From an uncultured Verrucomicrobiota bacterium (GTDB lineage: Bacteria > Verrucomicrobiota > Kiritimatiellia > CAIVKH01): a stretch of 64,000 nt of DNA. The stretch spans positions 68,976 through 132,975 of the forward strand of contig CALMUP010000008.1 in NCBI GenBank assembly GCA_937872895.1, in the 5' to 3' direction. Both the position numbers and the translations under genes were made by a program. Position 1 is the stretch's first letter; each line of letters begins with the position of its first letter. Positions 59,272-64,000 of the stretch are shown piece by piece. The notes beneath the pieces were generated by a model that ran no database searches, had not been told where the DNA came from, and worked only from the letters and a program-made list of their open reading frames with translations.

Positions 59272-59367
59272 ACCCGATGCCTGATGTGACCGTTCTCCAT
59301 CCATGATCGCGCCACCCTGGATGGTTCATGGGTTCGAGACCGATCACGCACCCATCCTGGAATAGTA

Positions 59368-60444
59368 TCAACGCGCTTCTTCTTGGGGGATGCCCGGTCG
59401 GTTCATCCGGATCCGGGCGGAAAAGTCGCCGGTGCCCTCGTCGGCGTAAGCCCGCGCTGCGTCGTTGATGTGTGATCGTGCGCGAAGTTCGTCAAAGGGG
59501 AGTTGCGTGTCGAGGATGCCCAGGTAGTACAGGTAGGTGTCGATGAAACCATTCAGGAGATGCCGGAGGTCGATGCGCCGGTGGGGACCGCCCACCTTGC
59601 GTGCGTACCGGATGACATTGATCGTGCAGTTGTCGGTCAGCAGGTGGTACCACTCGGGGTGATCGGCCAGGCGGTTGATCCGATCGAGGTAGATGCGGAA
59701 CAGGTCCCGGACCGCCTCCGGCGTTGCGTTGATGCGGTAGAGGAACACCTCCTCGTCGCGATGGTCCGTGCGCACGCGAACGAGGTCGCGTTCATCGCCG
59801 ACCACATAGATCAGCTCGAACTGCTTGAACATCGAGGAGAGGGGGTCGAACGATTCCCCGATCTCCGGGCGCACCTCGATCGAGATGCTCACCGGGGGGG
59901 AACCATCGTCGAAATTGAAGCTGAGGAAGGTGTGCGCGACCGGACCGATCTTCCAGTACGAGATGATCAAATCGACCGAATCCATGCGGGATAGATCCAC
60001 CACCCGGACCTCATGGCGCTCATCAAAGTCCGTCGCGCTCCGGTAGATGAAGTTCCGGTAGTTGACCAGGCGTACGTTGTCCCCGTCGATTTCAGCACGC
60101 GGAAGGACCGCGACCTCCCGCCGCCAGGGCCGGTCGTTGGAGGGCGGGATCAGCACATGCCAGATGATCACCAGCAGGATCAGCAGCCACAAGGTCTTCC
60201 TCCAGCGTGATGACCGATGTATCCAGAACGCCCACACCGCGAACACACCAAAGCCCGCCGACATCAGCAGGCGTCCGGTAGGCCAGGGCAGGTTGGAATA
60301 ATAGAGGGCCAGCGTGGTCCACAGGACCAGCAGCAGGAAGGCCAGTGCGGTGAAGCACCACCGGACGATCCGGCCCAGCACGTTCAGGAACCTCGATTGA
60401 ATGGACGGCTCCCCCTTAGGCTTCACGGGCCTGCTTGAGTCCAA
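59368..60444 (-). CDS. Membrane protein with DUF4105-like periplasmic domain
   Basis: 358 aa with three N-terminal TM helices followed by a soluble domain. Family assignment is tentative. Confidence 0.4.
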   Translation of the reverse strand: MDSSRPVKPKGEPSIQSRFLNVLGRIVRWCFTALAFLLLVLWTTLALYYSNLPWPTGRLLMSAGFGVFAVWAFWIHRSSRWRKTLWLLILLVIIWHVLIPPSNDRPWRREVAVLPRAEIDGDNVRLVNYRNFIYRSATDFDERHEVRVVDLSRMDSVDLIISYWKIGPVAHTFLSFNFDDGSPPVSISIEVRPEIGESFDPLSSMFKQFELIYVVGDERDLVRVRTDHRDEEVFLYRINATPEAVRDLFRIYLDRINRLADHPEWYHLLTDNCTINVIRYARKVGGPHRRIDLRHLLNGFIDTYLYYLGILDTQLPFDELRARSHINDAARAYADEGTGDFSARIRMNRPGIPQEEAR

Positions 60445-60967
60445 GTCCGTACATGATCAGCGACATGCCGATAAACAGGCTGTTGATGCCAAACAGCAGG
60501 CCGATCGCCCACGGGGCATCGGAGGGAAACCGGATGAAGAGCAGGAGTCCCAGCACAAGGGCGCCGAGTGAGTTAAGGAGAACCCAGCCCCAGGCCGGGT
60601 TCTTGCCGCGCAACGATAGGGCGAGGAAGATGCCCATCACGCCCTCGGCCGCGAACATCCCCGCCAGGAACAGGGTCAACACCGCGACGGTGGTGAGGAG
60701 ATTGCCGATGAAGAGCAGTCCGAGGAAAATACGGAGCAACCCGGTCGCGATATCCAGGATGCGGTGTTTGCGTGCCTTGCCGAACAATCCGGTGCCCAGC
60801 AGCACGGCACCGCTCACCAGCGACAGGACGCCGACCATTTTGGCGATTGCGACGGTGGTCACACAGGGAATCGCGATGGCCATCGCGCCCAGCATCAGGG
60901 AGAAAACACCTCCCACGACAAACCAACCCCGGCTGACAGACTGTACGGAAGCAGTTTCGGTATTCAT
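60416..60967 (-). CDS. HdeD-family (DUF308) membrane protein
   Basis: 183 aa with six short TM helices and repeated GxxxG-rich segments, in an HdeD-like pattern. Confidence 0.6.
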   Translation of the reverse strand: MNTETASVQSVSRGWFVVGGVFSLMLGAMAIAIPCVTTVAIAKMVGVLSLVSGAVLLGTGLFGKARKHRILDIATGLLRIFLGLLFIGNLLTTVAVLTLFLAGMFAAEGVMGIFLALSLRGKNPAWGWVLLNSLGALVLGLLLFIRFPSDAPWAIGLLFGINSLFIGMSLIMYGLGLKQAREA

Positions 60968-61021
60968 GAGTTCCTCTTTGTTGTTGCGTTCAATGGTTCA
61001 GCCTGTGCGGTGATCACCCGC

Positions 61022-62647
61022 CTAGTGCGCGAAGTGTGCGCGCAACCGCTCCAGATCCGGTTCGCTCCAGCCGGCGGGTTCGGTCAATCCGTTCCAGGCG
61101 TTCAGGTAGTGGATCGCCGCGTACTCATGGCCGAATCCGGTGGGCGCGGTTCCGACCATCATGTCGGCGGCGAGTTGGAGCATGGTCACCACCGGGAACC
61201 AGCGAAGGCCGGGCGCGACGTCGGGGCCGCGGGGCTCCCGCATCCACTCCGGCTCGCGCCATGCCGCCCCGGCGCTGAAGAAGGTGATGGGGTCGCTGGC
61301 GTACTGCAGGAACGCGATGCGGAACGAGCCCCATGGCATCGTGTACCGATCAAGACCCTTGTCCTGGTTGATGAACCGCACCACCGAACCCCCGCGGAAC
61401 GAGGGAAGCCAGGCGGGTGAACCGGCATCGCGCTCTGTGGTCGCCCGGTACCAGGTCCGCGCGCTGAAGGGGGGGCCGATCCAGAGTGCACCGTCGAACG
61501 GATCGTCGATGATGTCGAAGAGATCGAAGGACAAGTCGGAATTGAGGGAGCCCAGGCTAAGGCCGGCGAGGAACAGCCGGGGCCGGGCGTCCTTGGGCAA
61601 CGTCCGCCAGTAACCATAGATCTCGGCAAACAGGGCACGCGCCATTTCCGCGCCGTACGCGGCCTGGGTCAGCAGGGCGAGCGGGCTGTTCAGGTAGGAA
61701 TACTGCGCCGCCACGGTCGCGATATCCCCGCGGTGCAGGTATTCGACGGTGTCCTGCGAGCCCGGATCGATCCAGCCGGTGCCGGTTGGTGTTACGATCA
61801 GCAGCAACGAACGCTCGAAGCCGCCTGCGCGTTTCAATTCCTCCAAGGCCAGCCGGGCCCGGTCCTCGGGGGTGTCGGCTGAATTCAGTCCGACATACAC
61901 ACGGATCGGCGATGGGGCCGGGGCGCCCAGGAACTCGGTCAGGTCGTCCGCGGACGGCCCGCCCATGACAAACCGCCGGCCCTGCCGCCCGAGATCCGAC
62001 CACTTTACCAGCGATTCGGCACTGCCGGTTTGTTCAGGACGAACAGGCTGGGGCAAGTCGTCCTCGATCAGGGCGTCCAATTGCTGAAAGGATCGGTCGG
62101 CCACGCGCAACACGGATGAGACAAGCAAGCCATCGATCACCGTCCAGAACAGCAGGATAGCAGCCGCGATGCCGGCCAGGTAGGAGATCCGGGGCGGCAC
62201 AAGCCGGTGCAACCAGCGCGAGAAGCATCGGAACACCATCCGGAACAAGCGGCCGAGACCGAGCAGGACGAGGAACACGACGATGGCCACGAGGCCGATC
62301 AGCGCCGGATGCACGCCGGGTGCCTCCTCCATGCCCATCACGGCGCGAATCGCGTTCTGTCCTTGTGCGGCCCGCCAGAGGAAACTCAACGCCACAAGGA
62401 TGCTCAGGACGGCGGCGATCACGGTGGTGACAAAAGCGGTACGTCCCCGAACGAGTGGAAGTTGCAGGTACTTCCACAGGTACAGGGCCGCGACGCCCAG
62501 GCCGTAACCGGCGGCAAGGGAGATACCGGATATGATGCCTTGGATGGCGAAGGGACGCGGTAGCAGCGAAGGCGTCAGCGAAAAAGCGAAGAAAATCGTG
62601 CCGAGCACCAAGCCGGTAATGCCGAGGCGTTCCTTGAGTAACATCAC
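61022..62647 (-). CDS. Membrane-anchored alpha/beta-hydrolase family protein (Abhydrolase_9-like)
   Basis: 541 aa with N-terminal TM helices and a C-terminal hydrolase-like domain (…FLAGLSLGSLNS…). Confidence 0.55.
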   Translation of the reverse strand: MMLLKERLGITGLVLGTIFFAFSLTPSLLPRPFAIQGIISGISLAAGYGLGVAALYLWKYLQLPLVRGRTAFVTTVIAAVLSILVALSFLWRAAQGQNAIRAVMGMEEAPGVHPALIGLVAIVVFLVLLGLGRLFRMVFRCFSRWLHRLVPPRISYLAGIAAAILLFWTVIDGLLVSSVLRVADRSFQQLDALIEDDLPQPVRPEQTGSAESLVKWSDLGRQGRRFVMGGPSADDLTEFLGAPAPSPIRVYVGLNSADTPEDRARLALEELKRAGGFERSLLLIVTPTGTGWIDPGSQDTVEYLHRGDIATVAAQYSYLNSPLALLTQAAYGAEMARALFAEIYGYWRTLPKDARPRLFLAGLSLGSLNSDLSFDLFDIIDDPFDGALWIGPPFSARTWYRATTERDAGSPAWLPSFRGGSVVRFINQDKGLDRYTMPWGSFRIAFLQYASDPITFFSAGAAWREPEWMREPRGPDVAPGLRWFPVVTMLQLAADMMVGTAPTGFGHEYAAIHYLNAWNGLTEPAGWSEPDLERLRAHFAH

Positions 62648-62981
62648 CGGACCTTGATGAAATTGCGGGCATTGATCAAGTCAACAGTTGGCTTGCAGGT
62701 CGTGCGTGGTGTGTAAACGCGAGGTCACTCCGGTGACCTCCATGCCGTGAAGGGACACGGCAGCAGGCCGCCATCGCACCTTGTTCTGTTTGCAAAAAAC
62801 CGTGTTTTGCGCAATAACCCACAGGTGACGGGTTTTCCCGTCGATACGGGCACGTGGTGAAATGGCAGACACGCAAGACTTAGGATCAAATGCGAATCAC
62901 CGAAAACACTAGGAAAAACGCAAAAACCAGCGCGTGTTGACGCGGTGTTGACAAATTGCCTTCATGCGCCATCATGGGTGC

Positions 62982-64000
62982 ATGAAAACAAAAAAGCGCA
63001 AGATTCCGACAACGATTGAAGCGGGAATACCGATCCGCGAAGTGCGACCCGGCTACTACCTCGTTGATTGCTACCACCACGGCAAGCGGGAACGTCAATG
63101 CTTCCGTGACTTGGTAATGGCGAAGGCGCATTGCCAAGCCCTACGGATCAAGGTCCGCAACGAGGGCCTGTCTTTTCTCGCGTTGAACTCCAAACAACGA
63201 GCCGATGCAATCGAGGCGTTGACCTTGCTGGCCGGTCGAGCGTCGTTGGTCGAGGCCGCGCAAGCGTTCAACACCCTGAACCCTGTAGGCGTTGTCGAGA
63301 CGGTAGCGCAGACGGTTCAACGGTATCTTGAAACGATGCGCGTTGAAGGTGCGCGGCCTATTTCGATCAACGAGAAACGCCAGAAGTTGACCAAGCTGGC
63401 AGATGCCTATGGTGATCGGCCTACTTCGTCGTTGATCCGCGATCACTTGAACACCCTGGCCGACAAGCTGGGCTATCAGGGAACCAATCGGACCAAGTAC
63501 ATTGGCGCATGGCAATCGGCGTTGAACCTGTACGCCGGAACCCGCCGCACCGCCGCCAGCACTGGCGACAAGAAACCGGCCGAGACGTTCCACCCGGATG
63601 TTGTGCGGAAGCTGTTTTCCGTGGCCGCAATAAACCACCCGGATGTTGCGCCCGTTCTGGCGTTGCTGTTTTTCGCCGGTCTGAGGCCCGAGGAAGTGCA
63701 ACGGATGACGTGGGAGGCAATCAAGATCGGGGAGGGCTACATTGACGTAGCACCTTCCATGTCGAAAACACGCGACGGCCGGCACGTTACCATCCAGAAA
63801 AATCTATCCTCGTGGCTGATGAAGTACCGCCGCGCTCGCGGTCCTGTAGCACCGACCAAGGCCGCAACGAGACGGTTGCGAGAACTGGTCATGCGGAAGG
63901 CCGGATTGACGGAGTGGCCGAACGATGTTGCACGACACACGTTTGCCACGGCGCATTTCACGGCGTTCAAGGATTCGGGAGACACGTGCAAGGAACTTGG
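62982..64000 (+). CDS. Tyrosine-type site-specific recombinase/integrase, 3' end outside window
   Basis: My own translation from the ATG at 62982 is MKTKKRKIPTTIEAGIPIREVRPGYY…LLFFAGLRPEEVQRMTWEAI…ARHTFATAHF…, giving integrase core motifs. The ORF is open to the window end, which is why it is absent from the ORF track. Confidence 0.8.
   Translation, partial: MKTKKRKIPTTIEAGIPIREVRPGYYLVDCYHHGKRERQCFRDLVMAKAHCQALRIKVRNEGLSFLALNSKQRADAIEALTLLAGRASLVEAAQAFNTLNPVGVVETVAQTVQRYLETMRVEGARPISINEKRQKLTKLADAYGDRPTSSLIRDHLNTLADKLGYQGTNRTKYIGAWQSALNLYAGTRRTAASTGDKKPAETFHPDVVRKLFSVAAINHPDVAPVLALLFFAGLRPEEVQRMTWEAIKIGEGYIDVAPSMSKTRDGRHVTIQKNLSSWLMKYRRARGPVAPTKAATRRLRELVMRKAGLTEWPNDVARHTFATAHFTAFKDSGDTCKEL

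Noticed and set aside
62700-62900. tRNA-like sequence (ggtgaaatggcagacacgcaagacttagg…) upstream of the integrase as a possible attachment site.
   Set aside because: It could not be folded into a cloverleaf, with no T-arm GTTCGA-type motif and no acceptor pairing. Neither tRNA 3' end from this window is duplicated there.

Overview
This 64-kb window comes from a high-GC (about 60-65%) diderm bacterium. The gene content suggests a Planctomycetes-Verrucomicrobia-like lineage, but this is inferred from content only.

Most of the window is ordinary chromosome. Housekeeping genes include gap-pgk-tpiA-secG, an Opp/Dpp-type ABC importer module (one SBP and two permeases, no ATPase genes), ahcY with an upstream SahR-like regulator, mutL, infA, an RluA-type pseudouridine synthase, a RecD2 helicase, cls, lptD, an LpoB-like lipoprotein, and outer-membrane proteins of the MipA and Omp85 type. 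Two tRNAs are present, Ser-GCT and Lys-CTT.

The standout region is a single minus-strand gene run at about 39.1-48.3 kb. It joins a complete nucleoside and deoxyribose catabolic set (cdd, punA, deoA/pdp, deoB) to a bacterial microcompartment (BMC) gene set. The BMC genes are one BMC-H, three BMC-P, a tandem BMC-T and a permuted EutL-like BMC-T. Alongside them sit a CoA-acylating aldehyde dehydrogenase with an N-terminal encapsulation-peptide-like helix and an RpiB-DeoC (deoxyribose-phosphate aldolase) fusion with an internal encapsulation-peptide-like helix. This looks like a sugar-phosphate/deoxyribose-phosphate-utilising (SPU-like) metabolosome wired directly to nucleoside salvage.

Other points worth a second look:
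- An ExbB-ExbD-ExbD cluster whose TonB slot holds a membrane-anchored protein with squalene-cyclase-like QW repeats.
- A GIY-YIG ORF that replaces the spacer of one unit of a 107-bp tandem repeat array next to tRNA-Ser.
- A 713-aa protein carrying a complete GreA/GreB module at its C-terminus.
- A DUF389-lytic transglycosylase fusion.
- REP-like palindromes near the left end and a partial tyrosine integrase at the right edge.

Many long ORFs in the six-frame track are antisense shadow ORFs typical of GC-rich DNA and were not called.
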